A DNA stretch of 64,000 nt from Escherichia coli O127:H6 str. E2348/69 (GCF_000026545.1 NC_011601.1), one strand, 5' to 3'. Counted from the stretch's first letter, positions 40,088 to 55,213 are shown. The notes: generated from the sequence alone by a model not told the origin. Program-made: numbers and translations.

Positions 40088-42373
40088 ATGAATCAGAATC
40101 TGCTGGTGACAAAGCGCGACGGTAGCACAGAGCGCATCAATCTCGACAAAATCCATCGCGTTCTGGATTGGGCGGCAGAAGGACTGCATAACGTTTCGAT
40201 TTCCCAGGTCGAGCTGCGCTCCCACATTCAGTTTTATGACGGTATCAAGACCTCTGACATCCACGAAACTATTATCAAGGCTGCCGCAGACCTGATCTCC
40301 CGTGATGCGCCGGATTATCAGTATCTCGCCGCACGTCTGGCGATCTTCCACCTGCGTAAAAAAGCCTACGGTCAGTTTGAGCCGCCTGCGCTGTACGACC
40401 ATGTGGTGAAAATGGTCGAGATGAGCAAATACGATAATCATCTGCTGGAAGACTACACGGAAGAAGAGTTCAAGCAGATGGACACGTTTATCGATCACGA
40501 CCGTGATATGACCTTCTCTTATGCTGCCGTTAAGCAGCTGGAAGGCAAATATCTGGTACAGAACCGCGTGACCGGCGAAATCTACGAAAGCGCCCAGTTC
40601 CTTTATATTCTGGTTGCCGCGTGCCTGTTCTCGAACTACCCGCGTGAAACGCGCCTGCAATACGTGAAGCGTTTTTACGACGCGGTTTCCACATTTAAAA
40701 TTTCGCTGCCGACGCCAATCATGTCCGGCGTGCGTACCCCGACTCGTCAGTTCAGCTCATGCGTGCTGATCGAGTGCGGCGACAGCCTGGATTCCATTAA
40801 CGCCACCTCCAGCGCGATTGTTAAATACGTTTCCCAGCGTGCCGGGATCGGCATCAACGCCGGGCGTATTCGTGCGCTGGGTAGCCCGATTCGCGGTGGC
40901 GAAGCGTTCCATACCGGTTGTATTCCGTTCTACAAACATTTCCAGACCGCGGTGAAATCCTGCTCTCAGGGCGGTGTGCGCGGCGGTGCGGCAACGCTGT
41001 TCTACCCGATGTGGCATCTGGAAGTGGAAAGCCTGCTGGTGTTGAAAAACAACCGTGGTGTGGAAGGCAACCGCGTGCGTCATATGGACTACGGGGTTCA
41101 AATCAACAAACTGATGTATACCCGTCTGCTGAAAGGTGAAGATATCACTCTGTTCAGCCCGTCCGACGTACCGGGGCTGTACGACGCGTTCTTCGCCGAT
41201 CAGGAAGAGTTTGAACGTCTGTATACCAAATATGAGAAAGACGACAGCATCCGCAAGCAGCGTGTGAAAGCCGTTGAGCTGTTCTCGCTGATGATGCAGG
41301 AACGTGCATCTACCGGTCGTATCTATATTCAGAACGTTGACCACTGTAATACCCATAGCCCGTTTGATCCGGCCATCGCGCCAGTGCGCCAGTCTAACCT
41401 GTGCCTGGAAATCGCCCTGCCGACCAAACCGCTGAACGACGTCAACGACGAGAACGGTGAAATCGCGCTGTGTACGCTGTCTGCTTTCAACCTGGGCGCA
41501 ATTAACAGCCTGGATGAACTGGAAGAGCTGGCAATTCTGGCAGTACGCGCACTCGACGCGCTGCTGGATTATCAGGATTACCCGATCCCGGCCGCCAAAC
41601 GTGGAGCGATGGGTCGTCGTACGCTGGGTATTGGTGTGATCAACTTCGCTTACTACCTGGCGAAGCACGGTAAACGCTACTCCGACGGCAGCGCCAACAA
41701 CCTGACGCATAAAACCTTCGAAGCCATTCAGTATTATCTGCTGAAAGCGTCTAATGAGCTGGCGAAAGAGCAAGGCGCGTGCCCGTGGTTTAACGAAACC
41801 ACTTACGCGAAAGGGATCCTGCCGATCGATACCTATAAGAAAGATCTGGATGCCATCGCTAATGAGCCGCTGCATTACGACTGGGAAGCACTGCGTGAGT
41901 CAATCAAAACGCACGGCCTGCGTAACTCCACGCTTTCTGCCCTGATGCCGTCCGAGACTTCTTCGCAGATCTCTAACGCCACTAACGGTATTGAACCGCC
42001 GCGCGGTTACGTCAGCATCAAAGCGTCGAAAGACGGTATTCTGCGCCAGGTGGTGCCGGACTACGAGCATCTGCACGACGCCTATGAGCTGCTGTGGGAA
42101 ATGCCGGGTAACGATGGCTACCTGCAACTGGTGGGTATCATGCAGAAATTTATCGATCAGTCGATCTCTGCTAACACCAACTACGATCCGTCACGTTTCC
42201 CGTCAGGAAAAGTGCCGATGCAACAGTTGCTGAAAGACCTGCTCACCGCCTACAAATTCGGGGTCAAAACGCTGTATTATCAGAACACCCGTGACGGCGC
42301 AGAAGACGCGCAGGACGATCTGGTGCCGTCAATCCAGGACGATGGCTGCGAAAGCGGCGCATGTAAGATCTGA
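40088..42373 (+). CDS. nrdA: ribonucleoside-diphosphate reductase 1, alpha subunit
   Basis: 761 aa ORF; N-terminus MNQNLLVTKRDGSTERINLDKIHRVL (ATP-cone); C-terminal CESGACKI. Confidence 0.97.
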   Translation: MNQNLLVTKRDGSTERINLDKIHRVLDWAAEGLHNVSISQVELRSHIQFYDGIKTSDIHETIIKAAADLISRDAPDYQYLAARLAIFHLRKKAYGQFEPPALYDHVVKMVEMSKYDNHLLEDYTEEEFKQMDTFIDHDRDMTFSYAAVKQLEGKYLVQNRVTGEIYESAQFLYILVAACLFSNYPRETRLQYVKRFYDAVSTFKISLPTPIMSGVRTPTRQFSSCVLIECGDSLDSINATSSAIVKYVSQRAGIGINAGRIRALGSPIRGGEAFHTGCIPFYKHFQTAVKSCSQGGVRGGAATLFYPMWHLEVESLLVLKNNRGVEGNRVRHMDYGVQINKLMYTRLLKGEDITLFSPSDVPGLYDAFFADQEEFERLYTKYEKDDSIRKQRVKAVELFSLMMQERASTGRIYIQNVDHCNTHSPFDPAIAPVRQSNLCLEIALPTKPLNDVNDENGEIALCTLSAFNLGAINSLDELEELAILAVRALDALLDYQDYPIPAAKRGAMGRRTLGIGVINFAYYLAKHGKRYSDGSANNLTHKTFEAIQYYLLKASNELAKEQGACPWFNETTYAKGILPIDTYKKDLDAIANEPLHYDWEALRESIKTHGLRNSTLSALMPSETSSQISNATNGIEPPRGYVSIKASKDGILRQVVPDYEHLHDAYELLWEMPGNDGYLQLVGIMQKFIDQSISANTNYDPSRFPSGKVPMQQLLKDLLTAYKFGVKTLYYQNTRDGAEDAQDDLVPSIQDDGCESGACKI

Positions 42374-42381
42374 TATTGTGA

Positions 42382-42538
42382 TGCCGGATGCGGCGTGAGC
42401 GCCCTACCCGGCCTACGGCTCCAATTTGTAGGCCGGATAAGCGAAGCGCATCCGGCACTGAATGCCCAGATGCGGCATGAACGCCCTACCCAGCCTACGA
42501 TGCGGTTTGTAGGCCGGATAAGCGAAGCGCATCCGGCA
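42382..42538. repeat. REP/BIME cluster (several REP copies)
   Basis: Repeated gccggatgcggcgtgagcgccctacc...gtaggccggataagcgaagcgcatccggca units between nrdA and nrdB. Confidence 0.7.
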
Positions 42539-42562
42539 TAAAACTCCTAACAGGACACATTC

Positions 42563-43693
42563 ATGGCATATACCACCTTTTCACAGACGAAAAATGATCA
42601 GCTCAAAGAACCAATGTTCTTTGGTCAGCCGGTCAACGTGGCTCGCTACGATCAGCAAAAATATGACATCTTCGAAAAGCTGATCGAAAAGCAGCTCTCT
42701 TTCTTCTGGCGTCCGGAAGAAGTTGACGTCTCCCGCGACCGTATCGATTACCAGGCACTGCCTGAACACGAAAAACACATCTTTATCAGTAACCTGAAAT
42801 ATCAGACGCTGCTGGATTCCATTCAGGGTCGCAGTCCGAACGTGGCACTGCTGCCGCTGATCTCGATCCCGGAACTGGAAACCTGGGTAGAAACCTGGGC
42901 GTTCTCAGAAACGATTCATTCCCGCTCCTATACCCATATCATCCGTAATATCGTTAACGATCCGTCTGTTGTGTTTGACGATATCGTCACTAACGAGCAG
43001 ATCCAGAAACGTGCGGAAGGGATCTCCAGCTACTACGATGAACTGATCGAAATGACCAGCTACTGGCATCTGCTGGGCGAAGGCACCCACACCGTTAACG
43101 GTAAAACCGTAACCGTTAGCCTGCGCGAGCTGAAGAAAAAACTGTATCTCTGCCTGATGAGCGTTAACGCGCTGGAAGCGATCCGTTTCTACGTCAGCTT
43201 TGCCTGCTCTTTCGCATTCGCTGAACGTGAGCTGATGGAAGGTAACGCCAAAATTATTCGCCTGATTGCCCGCGACGAAGCCCTGCACCTGACCGGCACC
43301 CAGCATATGCTGAATCTGCTGCGCAGCGGCGCGGATGATCCGGAGATGGCGGAAATTGCCGAAGAATGTAAGCAGGAGTGCTATGACCTGTTTGTCCAGG
43401 CGGCACAGCAAGAGAAAGACTGGGCGGATTATCTGTTCCGTGATGGTTCGATGATTGGTCTGAATAAAGACATCCTCTGCCAGTACGTTGAATACATCAC
43501 CAATATCCGTATGCAGGCAGTCGGTTTGGATCTGCCGTTCCAGACGCGCTCCAACCCGATCCCGTGGATCAACACCTGGCTGGTGTCTGATAACGTGCAG
43601 GTTGCTCCGCAGGAAGTGGAAGTCAGTTCTTATCTGGTCGGGCAGATTGACGCGGAAGTGGACACCGACGATTTGAGTAACTTCCAGCTCTGA
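42563..43693 (+). CDS. nrdB: ribonucleoside-diphosphate reductase 1, beta subunit
   Basis: 376 aa ORF; N-terminus [54 protein letters not shown]. Confidence 0.97.
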   Translation: MAYTTFSQTKNDQLKEPMFFGQPVNVARYDQQKYDIFEKLIEKQLSFFWRPEEVDVSRDRIDYQALPEHEKHIFISNLKYQTLLDSIQGRSPNVALLPLISIPELETWVETWAFSETIHSRSYTHIIRNIVNDPSVVFDDIVTNEQIQKRAEGISSYYDELIEMTSYWHLLGEGTHTVNGKTVTVSLRELKKKLYLCLMSVNALEAIRFYVSFACSFAFAERELMEGNAKIIRLIARDEALHLTGTQHMLNLLRSGADDPEMAEIAEECKQECYDLFVQAAQQEKDWADYLFRDGSMIGLNKDILCQYVEYITNIRMQAVGLDLPFQTRSNPIPWINTWLVSDNVQVAPQEVEVSSYLVGQIDAEVDTDDLSNFQL

Positions 43694-43947
43694 TGGCCCG
43701 CGTTACCCTGCGCATTACTGGCACACAACTGCTGTGCCAGGATGAACACCCTTCCCTTCTGGCGGCGCTGGAATCCCACAATGTGGCGGTTGAGTACCAG
43801 TGCCGCGAAGGTTACTGCGGCTCCTGTCGCACCCGACTGGTCGCAGGCCAGGTGGACTGGATTGCCGAACCATTAGCTTTTATTCAGCCGGGGGAAATTT
43901 TGCCCTGTTGTTGCCGGGCAAAAGGCGATATTGAAATCGAGATGTGA
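43693..43947 (+). CDS. yfaE: 2Fe-2S ferredoxin for NrdB cofactor maintenance
   Basis: 84 aa ORF overlapping the nrdB stop; Cys motif CREGYCGSC...CCC. Confidence 0.9.
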   Translation: MARVTLRITGTQLLCQDEHPSLLAALESHNVAVEYQCREGYCGSCRTRLVAGQVDWIAEPLAFIQPGEILPCCCRAKGDIEIEM

Positions 43948-43948
43948 A

Positions 43949-43998
43949 TTGGTTTTAACGCCAGATACGACGCTTATACGTCTTATCTGGCCTACAAC
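43949..43998. repeat. REP element
   Basis: gccagatacgacgcttatacgtcttatctggcctac palindrome between convergent yfaE and inaA. Confidence 0.6.
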
Positions 43999-44000
43999 GA

Positions 44001-44651
44001 TTACATAGCGTAGTAATATGCTTTCACCTGCTCCCAGTCCGCTTTGGGGATCGGCTCCAGATATTTTTCCAGCTGGCGGAAGTCATGATTAATCGCTTTA
44101 TCACGACGCAAGCGGCGACGACTTTTCTCCAGATCAAGAAAACCAGCTTCTGCCTTACCTTCTGTTTTCACATAGATATGGCGAACATAACAACAGCCAT
44201 GCTGACGATTAACGCTATGCATTTTCTTAAACGCCAGCGCCACTGCTTTCAACATGGCTTGCCGTACTTCGTCAGAATAAGGCGATACTGCATGCCGGGC
44301 ATACCAGTCAGCAATGCTGATGAACCCCGCCATATCTTCAGTCACCAGCAACGCGCGCCATTCACCCTCAATTTTCACCGCTTCACCAAAAACGATCTTC
44401 GGCACGATGACACCGGCCCGTTCCAGTTCTTTAATTACCGCAACCTCACGGACAATCGTTGGTCGGCCGAACGGATAACGTACGGAATGAAACAGATGAT
44501 GCGTCATGCGCTTTACATACAGCTTTTTGCCGTTGCGCTCGACGCATTGCACCCCGCTCATACCATTACGGTGATAGTTAGGCTCTTCAACCCAGTCGCC
44601 CTCTGTTGCCCACCAGTGATTAAATTCGTCGTGCTTTGCTGAAACTGCCAT
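44001..44651 (-). CDS. inaA: acid-inducible Kdo/WaaP-family kinase-like protein InaA
   Basis: 216 aa ORF at the expected position. Confidence 0.85.
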   Translation of the reverse strand: MAVSAKHDEFNHWWATEGDWVEEPNYHRNGMSGVQCVERNGKKLYVKRMTHHLFHSVRYPFGRPTIVREVAVIKELERAGVIVPKIVFGEAVKIEGEWRALLVTEDMAGFISIADWYARHAVSPYSDEVRQAMLKAVALAFKKMHSVNRQHGCCYVRHIYVKTEGKAEAGFLDLEKSRRRLRRDKAINHDFRQLEKYLEPIPKADWEQVKAYYYAM

Positions 44652-44853
44652 ACCCTATCGCCTGTCGTTTTTTATTAACGACAATGACTATAGATGTTTA
44701 GCTGAGGAAAATCTTAATAATACGTGTTGTATTGACGAGTATCTTATGCCGGGAACAAGTCATCTCGCTCAAAATAATTGCAATTAAGGATAACCCACAG
44801 ACTTTAATGAAGAGTGGTATCGGATAGCACATAAGTGCCATCCGGTAGTTAAT

Positions 44854-45930
44854 TTACTCTTTATTAAGGAATTTTACTGCCTTATCAGGGAAATCAGTAA
44901 ATAGCCCATTTACACCCGCTTTGTTATACAGAGCATCATATAACTGATTCACATCAGTAGTGTATTCAGGCAGTTTATCTGACCGCACGGTATAAGGATG
45001 CACTACCAGTTTATTCTGCTGAGCATCTTGCACCATGCCAGTGAGTTTGATGTTACCCGGCTGCGATGTCTCCTCAATCAACATATGGTAATCCGGACCA
45101 ATACCATCAGCATATTCCGCCACCTGTTTCATGGCACCCGGCTTAAACATCCAGTCGTAATTGTAATTAACCCAGCTTCCGTCCGGCTGTTTCTGCTGCG
45201 TTTCATTCCAGTCGGTATAGGCAATCAGCTGTACCAGATTGAGATCCATACCCATTTTGGGTTCCAGCACATTCTTAATACGCTTCAGCTCATCAGCATC
45301 AAAACATTGCAAATAAACTTTGTCGTCCTTACCGGTGTAACCATATTTCTTCAGCACTTCCAGCGTTTTTGCCGCAATATCCTTCCCTTCCTGATGATGG
45401 AACCACGGCGCTTTAATTTCTGGATAGATACCGATATTTTTCCCGGTAGAGTGGTTTAACCCCTGAACAAATTCAATCTCTTCTTCAAAGGTGTGCACCC
45501 GGAAGTCAGATTTACCCATTGGGAAACGCCCCGGATAAGTCTGCACTTTTTTACCGTTTTCAATATCGAAACCTTCGGTAAATTTCAGCGACTTAATTTC
45601 ATCCAGCGTGAAATCTATCGCGTAGTAACGACCGTCTTTGCGCGCCCGATCCGGGAAACGATCGGCAACATCAGTAACACGATCGAGATAATGGTCATGC
45701 AGAACAACCAGATGGTCGTCTTTGGTCATCACCAAATCCTGTTCCAGATAATCCGCTCCCTGCGCATACGCCATCGCTTTTGCTGGCAGCGTATGCTCCG
45801 GCAAATATCCACTGGCACCGCGATGGGCGATGACTATTTTTTCGTTGCTGTCCGCCGCCATTGCACTGCTTCCCATGACTATAGTGCTCATCATGATCGC
45901 CATGCTAAGGTTTTTCAGCGTCAATTTCAT
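44854..45930 (-). CDS. glpQ: periplasmic glycerophosphodiester phosphodiesterase
   Basis: ATG at 45928-45930 gives 358 aa MKLTLKNLSMAIMMSTIVMGSSAMA-ADSNEKIVIAHRGASGYLPEHT; the ORF-track start at 45987 is an upstream extension overlapping glpT. Confidence 0.93.
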   Translation of the reverse strand: MKLTLKNLSMAIMMSTIVMGSSAMAADSNEKIVIAHRGASGYLPEHTLPAKAMAYAQGADYLEQDLVMTKDDHLVVLHDHYLDRVTDVADRFPDRARKDGRYYAIDFTLDEIKSLKFTEGFDIENGKKVQTYPGRFPMGKSDFRVHTFEEEIEFVQGLNHSTGKNIGIYPEIKAPWFHHQEGKDIAAKTLEVLKKYGYTGKDDKVYLQCFDADELKRIKNVLEPKMGMDLNLVQLIAYTDWNETQQKQPDGSWVNYNYDWMFKPGAMKQVAEYADGIGPDYHMLIEETSQPGNIKLTGMVQDAQQNKLVVHPYTVRSDKLPEYTTDVNQLYDALYNKAGVNGLFTDFPDKAVKFLNKE

Positions 45931-45934
45931 GCCA

Positions 45935-47293
45935 TTAGCCTCCGTTGCGTTTTTGCAGTAATTGTTCATGGCGACGTTTTTCGCCAATCATCACAACAAT
46001 CAACAAGATAACCGCCAGAATGCTGCCGCCAATCATTACCATAAAGCCGCCATCCCAGCCGAAGAAGTCCACGGTGTAGCCAACAATCGCGCTCGCCGCC
46101 ACCGAACCGCCGAGGTAACCAAACAGCCCGGTAAAACCCGCTGCCGTACCTGCCGCTTTTTTCGGTGCCAGTTCCAGCGCATGTAGACCGATCAGCATCA
46201 CAGGGCCATAGATCAGGAAGCCGATAACAATCATACAAATCATATCGACGGTTGGGTTACCTGCCGGGTTCATCCAGTAAACGATAGTCGCGATGGTCAC
46301 CAGTGTCATAAAGAAGACACCGGTTGCCCCACGGTTACCACGAAAGACTTTATCCGACATCCAGCCGCACAGCAGGGTGCCCGGAATACCTGCATATTCA
46401 TAAAGGAAGTAGGCCCAGGAGGATTTATCCAGCGCGAAATGCTTAACCTCTTTCAGATAAGTCGGTGACCAGTCGAGGATGCCGTAACGCAGCAGATAAA
46501 CGAACACGTTGGCGATGGCGATATACCACAGCAGTTTGTTCGGCAGCACGTACTGCATGAAGATCTGCTTCGCGGTCAGCTCCTGTTCCGCTTTTTCGTT
46601 ATAGTCGTCCGGATAATCATTTTTGTACTCTTCGATCGGCGGCAGGCCACAGGATTGCGGGGTATCGCGCATCATCGCAAAGGCGAACAGTGCCACCAGA
46701 ATGGCGCAGAAAGCGGGCATATAGAGCGCCGCGTGCCAGTCATTGAACCAGGCCATCCCCAGCAGGAACAGCAGAGGCGGAATACCACCACCGACGTTGT
46801 GCGCACAGTTCCACACTGACACAATACCGCCACGTTCTTTCTGCGACCACCAGTGCACCATAGTACGACCACACGGCGGCCACCCCATCCCCTGGAACCA
46901 ACCGCAGAGGAACAACAGTACAAACATCACCGCAATGCTCGACGTCGCCCATGGCACAAAGCCCATAAACAACATCACTGCCGCCGCCAGAATCAAACCT
47001 GCGGGCAGGAAAACGCGCGGATTCGAGCGATCCGATACCGACCCCATGATGAATTTCGAAAATCCATAAGCAATCGAGATCCCCGAAAGGGCAAAACCTA
47101 AATCACCGCGTGAGAATCCCTGCTCAACCAGATAAGGCATAGCGAGCGCAAAGTTCTTACGAACCAAATAGTAAGCAGCATAGCCAAAGAATATCCCCAG
47201 GAAAATTTGCCAGCGCAATCGACGATAAGTCGGATCGATCTCCGCGGCAGGTAAGCGCGCTTTGTGTGGCGCTGGTTTAAAAATACTCAACAT
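45935..47293 (-). CDS. glpT: glycerol-3-phosphate:phosphate antiporter (MFS)
   Basis: 452 aa [51 protein letters not shown]. Confidence 0.95.
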   Translation of the reverse strand: MLSIFKPAPHKARLPAAEIDPTYRRLRWQIFLGIFFGYAAYYLVRKNFALAMPYLVEQGFSRGDLGFALSGISIAYGFSKFIMGSVSDRSNPRVFLPAGLILAAAVMLFMGFVPWATSSIAVMFVLLFLCGWFQGMGWPPCGRTMVHWWSQKERGGIVSVWNCAHNVGGGIPPLLFLLGMAWFNDWHAALYMPAFCAILVALFAFAMMRDTPQSCGLPPIEEYKNDYPDDYNEKAEQELTAKQIFMQYVLPNKLLWYIAIANVFVYLLRYGILDWSPTYLKEVKHFALDKSSWAYFLYEYAGIPGTLLCGWMSDKVFRGNRGATGVFFMTLVTIATIVYWMNPAGNPTVDMICMIVIGFLIYGPVMLIGLHALELAPKKAAGTAAGFTGLFGYLGGSVAASAIVGYTVDFFGWDGGFMVMIGGSILAVILLIVVMIGEKRRHEQLLQKRNGG

Positions 47294-47567
47294 TGATAGC
47301 CTCCGTGGCCCGTGGTCTTATTTATGATTAACAGCCTGATTCAGTGGGAGAACCTGCCGTTTCTTGAGTTGCCGCGATATGTTAAGAAAACATTCATAAA
47401 TTAAATGTGAATTACCGCACACATTATTAAATACGATGGTTGAAATGTTCAGAATGACGCATGAAATCACGTTTCACTTTCGAATTGTGAGCGAATATGC
47501 GCGAAATCAAACAATTCATGTTTTTACTATGGCTAAATGGTAAAAAACGAACTTCAGAGGGATAACA
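47294..47567. promoter_or_regulatory. divergent glpTQ / glpACB control region
   Basis: AT-rich 274 bp divergent intergenic region; CRP-like site tgtgaattaccgcaca at 47405-47420; exact GlpR/FNR sites not resolved. Confidence 0.5.
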
Positions 47568-51632
<4,065 letters not shown>

Positions 51633-51646
51633 ACTCCTTTCTGATG

Positions 51647-51677
51647 CCCGGTAAGCATGTTGTTACCGGGCATTTTT
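51647..51677 (+). terminator. intrinsic terminator after glpC
   Basis: cccggtaa-gcatgttg-ttaccggg followed by cattttt. Confidence 0.7.
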
Positions 51678-51824
51678 GCGTACACGATTCCGTGCCCAAT
51701 GTATGCGTTGCAACGCAGTGAAAATTCCTCTGAAAACGTCTCGCAAAGGCTGAAACTGGCAGATGTCAAAGGTCTGGGATAACCGTAATGTCGCGTCATC
51801 ATAAATATCAGGTGACGGACAACC

Positions 51825-52772
51825 ATGACCGAATCAACAACCTCCTCCCCGCATGATGCGGTGTTTAAAACCTTTATGTTCACACCCGAAACCGCACGGG
51901 ATTTTCTGGAAATACATCTACCAGAGCCGCTGCGCAAGCTTTGCAACCTGCAAACCTTACGCCTGGAACCCACCAGTTTTATTGAAAAAAGTTTACGCGC
52001 TTACTACTCGGATGTTTTGTGGTCCGTGGAAACCAGCGAGGGTGACGGCTATATCTACTGCGTGATTGAACATCAAAGCTCTGCAGAAAAGAATATGGCT
52101 TTTCGGCTAATGCGCTATGCCACTGCCGCCATGCAGCGTCACCTGGATAAAGGCTATGACAGAGTTCCGCTGGTGGTGCCATTGCTGTTTTATCATGGCG
52201 AAGCCTCGCCCTACCCGTACTCACTCAACTGGCTGGATGAGTTTGACGATCCGCAACTTGCCCGGCAGTTGTACACCGAAGCTTTTCCGTTGGTGGATAT
52301 CACCATCGTACCTGACGATGAGATCATGCAACATCGACGTATAGCTCTGCTGGAACTGATTCAAAAGCATATTCGCGACCGCGATTTAATCGGTATGGTC
52401 GACAGGATCACCACGCTTTTGGTTAGAGGCTTCACTAATGACAGCCAGCTACAAACACTGTTTAATTATCTGCTGCAATGCGGCGATACCTCCCGTTTCA
52501 CCCGCTTTATTCAGGAGATTGCCGAACGTTCACCACTACAAAAGGAGATATTAATGACTATTGCTGAACGGCTACGGCAGGAAGGACATCAAATTGGCTG
52601 GCAGGAAGGTAAGATTGAAGGCTGGCAAGAAGGTAAATTAGAAGGTTTGCAGGAAGGCATGCATGAGCAAGCCATTAAAATTGCCTTGCGCATGCTGGAG
52701 CAGGGCTTTGAACGTGAGATTGTGCTGGCGGCAACCCAACTCACTGATGCTGATATTCCGAACTGTCATTAA
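51825..52772 (+). CDS. yfaD: Rpn/YhgA-like PD-(D/E)XK nuclease (transposase_31 family), RpnE
   Basis: 315 aa ORF; N-terminal HDAVFKTFM motif; C-terminal repeat region [20 protein letters not shown]. Confidence 0.88.
   Translation: MTESTTSSPHDAVFKTFMFTPETARDFLEIHLPEPLRKLCNLQTLRLEPTSFIEKSLRAYYSDVLWSVETSEGDGYIYCVIEHQSSAEKNMAFRLMRYATAAMQRHLDKGYDRVPLVVPLLFYHGEASPYPYSLNWLDEFDDPQLARQLYTEAFPLVDITIVPDDEIMQHRRIALLELIQKHIRDRDLIGMVDRITTLLVRGFTNDSQLQTLFNYLLQCGDTSRFTRFIQEIAERSPLQKEILMTIAERLRQEGHQIGWQEGKIEGWQEGKLEGLQEGMHEQAIKIALRMLEQGFEREIVLAATQLTDADIPNCH
52540..52706 (+). repeat. direct repeat copy 1 (3' end of yfaD)
   Basis: About 167 bp, about 97% identical to 52771-52937, including SD and start codon. 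Confidence 0.85.
52554..52772 (+). CDS. candidate internally initiated small protein (C-terminal domain of YfaD)
   Basis: In-frame ATG at 52554 preceded by aaaaggaga at ideal spacing; 72 aa [16 protein letters not shown]...; the same SD+ATG+ORF is duplicated as ypaA. Confidence 0.4.
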   Translation: MTIAERLRQEGHQIGWQEGKIEGWQEGKLEGLQEGMHEQAIKIALRMLEQGFEREIVLAATQLTDADIPNCH

Positions 52773-52937
52773 AAGGAGAGATTGATGACTATTGCTGAAC
52801 GGCTACGGCAGGAAGGACATCAAATTGGCTGGCAGGAAGGTAAGATTGAAGGCTGGCAAGAAGGTAAATTAGAAGGTTTGCAGGAAAGCATGCATGAACA
52901 AGCCATTAAAATTGCTTTGCGCATGCTGGAGCAGGGC
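52771..52937 (+). repeat. direct repeat copy 2 (ypaA)
   Basis: Tandem duplicate of 52540-52706 with a 231 bp period. Confidence 0.85.
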
Positions 52938-53006
52938 ATTGATCGTGACCAGGTGCTCGCGGCCACTCAGCTAAGCGAAACCGATCTGGCAGCAAAAAAC
53001 CACTAA
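52785..53006 (+). CDS. ypaA: small protein YpaA, paralog of the YfaD C-terminal domain
   Basis: 73 aa ORF with SD aaaaggagag; about 90% identical to the YfaD C-terminal 72 aa. Confidence 0.75.
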   Translation: MTIAERLRQEGHQIGWQEGKIEGWQEGKLEGLQESMHEQAIKIALRMLEQGIDRDQVLAATQLSETDLAAKNH

Positions 53007-53046
53007 TTAACACAGGCCCACAGCCGATCCCCATGGGCCTTTGATA

Positions 53047-53850
53047 TCAATAACTACCTTTTACGCGTGGCCCATTTTTGCCTGATTTAAACATCGCCAG
53101 TCGTTGATCCAGGGCATCGCTGTAGAGCATCGTGTCAACGCCAACAGCGACAAAGTTCGCTCCCCACGCCAGGCATTGCTGCGCCATATCAGGAGCCACA
53201 GCCAGAAAACCAGCCGCTTTACCCGCAGCACGGATCCGCCGAATGCTGGTTTCAATAATTCGCTGCACTTCCGGGTGCCCGGCGTTATCCGGGTAGCCCA
53301 ACGACGCAGAAAGATCCGCAGGTCCAATAAACACGCCATCAATCCCTTCGACATCGAGGATTTCGTCCAGGTTATCCAGTGCCGTTTTACTTTCCACCTG
53401 CACCAACAGACAAAGCGAATCGTTGACTTGCGCCATGTAATTCTCAATGCGTCCCCAGCGCGCAGCCCGTGCCACACTGGCCCCAACACCACGCTCACCG
53501 TAGGGAGGATAGCGCGTGGCAGACACCACCTGACGTGCCTGATCGGCAGTATCGACCATCGGGATCAATAGAGTTTGCGCGCCAATATCCAGGACTTGTT
53601 TAATCAGCGGTTTACTGCCTTCCACCGGACGGATCACGGGTTGGCTGGCATAGGGCGCTACCGCTTGTAGCTGGTGATAAAGATCCTGAATGGTGTTTGG
53701 CGCATGCTCCCCGTCAATCAGCAACCAGTCATAACCGGAAGTAGCGGCAATTTCTGCCATATAGGCAGTCGTTGAGCTTAACCACAGACCAATTTGCACT
53801 TCGCCCTTGCGTAAACGTTCTTTAAAGGGATTGGTTAATAATGCGTTCAT
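53047..53850 (-). CDS. rhmA: 2-keto-3-deoxy-L-rhamnonate aldolase (HpcH/HpaI family)
   Basis: ATG at 53848-53850 gives 267 aa [21 protein letters not shown]...; the ORF-track 368 aa version is an upstream extension overlapping rhmT. Confidence 0.88.
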   Translation of the reverse strand: MNALLTNPFKERLRKGEVQIGLWLSSTTAYMAEIAATSGYDWLLIDGEHAPNTIQDLYHQLQAVAPYASQPVIRPVEGSKPLIKQVLDIGAQTLLIPMVDTADQARQVVSATRYPPYGERGVGASVARAARWGRIENYMAQVNDSLCLLVQVESKTALDNLDEILDVEGIDGVFIGPADLSASLGYPDNAGHPEVQRIIETSIRRIRAAGKAAGFLAVAPDMAQQCLAWGANFVAVGVDTMLYSDALDQRLAMFKSGKNGPRVKGSY

Positions 53851-53867
53851 CGTGTTCCTTAAACTAT

Positions 53868-55157
53868 TTAATGATGTGCCACGTCGGTCTGCGCAACAGT
53901 GCGATTTACACGCAGAGTGAAAATAATCAGCGAACCGATGACCGCCACCGCTGCCAGCGTCAGTAATCCCGCCGCATCGCTGGAAAATAACGTTTCTGCT
54001 TTCACGCGCAGGATCGGGGCAATAAACCCGCCCACTGCACCAAACAGGTTTACAAAACCAATCCCCGCAGCCAGCGCCGTACCGGAAAGCAGTTGTGTCG
54101 GCATCGTCCAGAACACCGGCTGCACGGCAATAAACCCGATGGCTGCAACACACAGCGCTACGATCGCCAGTACTGGAGAAAGCAGCCCGGACAGACCAAT
54201 ACCAATGCCCGCCGCCAGTAATGTCAGCGCTGCGACATTACGCCGTTCGCCGGTTTTATCGGAATAGCGCGGAATAAGCCAGGTTCCAAACAAGGCCGCA
54301 ACCCACGGAATGGCGGTGACCACCGACGCCGTAAAGCCCACTTTTGTCCCCAGCAATGCAGCAACCTGGGTCGGCAGGAAGAAAATTAATCCGTAAACCG
54401 CTACCTGAATGGTCAGGTAGATAATCGCCAGTTGCCAGACTCGCCCATTACGCAACGCATCGCTCAGTCGCGAAGTCACTTTCTGTTGTTCTTCACTTGC
54501 CAGTTGATTGATAAGTAACGTTTTTTCTTGTTTACTCAGAAAACGTGCCTGCTCCGGTGTGTCATCAAGCCAAAAGAATGTGAATACCCCAGCGCCGACT
54601 GCCAGCAATCCTTCAATCACAAACATCCAGAACCAGCCGGGATGCCCCATAAATCCATGCATCTCCAGCAGCGCGCCGGAAAGCGGTGATCCCAGTGTTA
54701 ACGCCAGCGGTGCGCCCATATAGAACAGCCCCATAATGCTGGCGCGATTACGCTGCGGAAACCATTGCGAAGTGAGATAAATCATACCAGGGAAAAACCC
54801 GGCCTCCGCAGCACCAAGCAGAGTACGAACGATCAGAAATTTCGCTTCAGTATCGGCCCATGCCATGGCAGCCGAAAGAAATCCCCACAGCAGTGTTGTC
54901 GTACCAATCCAGGTTCTGGCCCCCAGTTTGCGCATCAAGAGATTCGCCGGAACACCCAGAAACGCGTATACCACAAAGAAAATGCCTGCTCCCAGCGCAT
55001 AAGCTTCATTACTCAGCCCGGTATCAATCTGGTAGGTCTGTTTGGCAAAACCAATATTCGAACGGTCGAGAAACGCCAGCACATACAGCGCCAACATAAA
55101 CGGAATTAAACGCGCACGGTTTTTCTTCACCACGGCGTCAAGCAAAGCGGTGCTCAT
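53868..55157 (-). CDS. rhmT: MFS transporter (L-rhamnonate)
   Basis: ATG at 55155-55157 preceded by AAGGAGC; 429 aa polytopic membrane protein. Confidence 0.85.
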   Translation of the reverse strand: MSTALLDAVVKKNRARLIPFMLALYVLAFLDRSNIGFAKQTYQIDTGLSNEAYALGAGIFFVVYAFLGVPANLLMRKLGARTWIGTTTLLWGFLSAAMAWADTEAKFLIVRTLLGAAEAGFFPGMIYLTSQWFPQRNRASIMGLFYMGAPLALTLGSPLSGALLEMHGFMGHPGWFWMFVIEGLLAVGAGVFTFFWLDDTPEQARFLSKQEKTLLINQLASEEQQKVTSRLSDALRNGRVWQLAIIYLTIQVAVYGLIFFLPTQVAALLGTKVGFTASVVTAIPWVAALFGTWLIPRYSDKTGERRNVAALTLLAAGIGIGLSGLLSPVLAIVALCVAAIGFIAVQPVFWTMPTQLLSGTALAAGIGFVNLFGAVGGFIAPILRVKAETLFSSDAAGLLTLAAVAVIGSLIIFTLRVNRTVAQTDVAHH

Positions 55158-55213
55158 AAAAAGCTCCTTAGAATATGTGGGCGTTAACGTTGTCACAGCA
55201 ACGCCCGGAGTGA

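Noticed and set aside
39830..40660. 276 aa ORF on the - strand
   Set aside because: Antisense to the nrdA promoter and 5' coding region; overlaps the DnaA and NrdR boxes.
40757..41875. 372 aa ORF on the - strand
   Set aside because: Antisense to nrdA coding sequence; no independent start or SD context.
45935..47293. Multiple nested 60-110 aa ORFs within glpT on both strands
   Set aside because: All fall inside the well-supported glpT membrane-protein ORF; artefacts of a GC-rich coding region.
51825..52772. yfaD as a transposase / mobile element
   Set aside because: The protein belongs to a transposase-like nuclease family but I see no terminal inverted repeats, target duplications or adjacent cargo, so I treat it as a chromosomal gene rather than an IS.
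53047..54153. 368 aa version of the rhmA ORF from the track
   Set aside because: The N-terminal 101 codons (Cys/Arg-rich) overlap rhmT out of frame; the internal ATG at 53850 gives the expected 267 aa aldolase.
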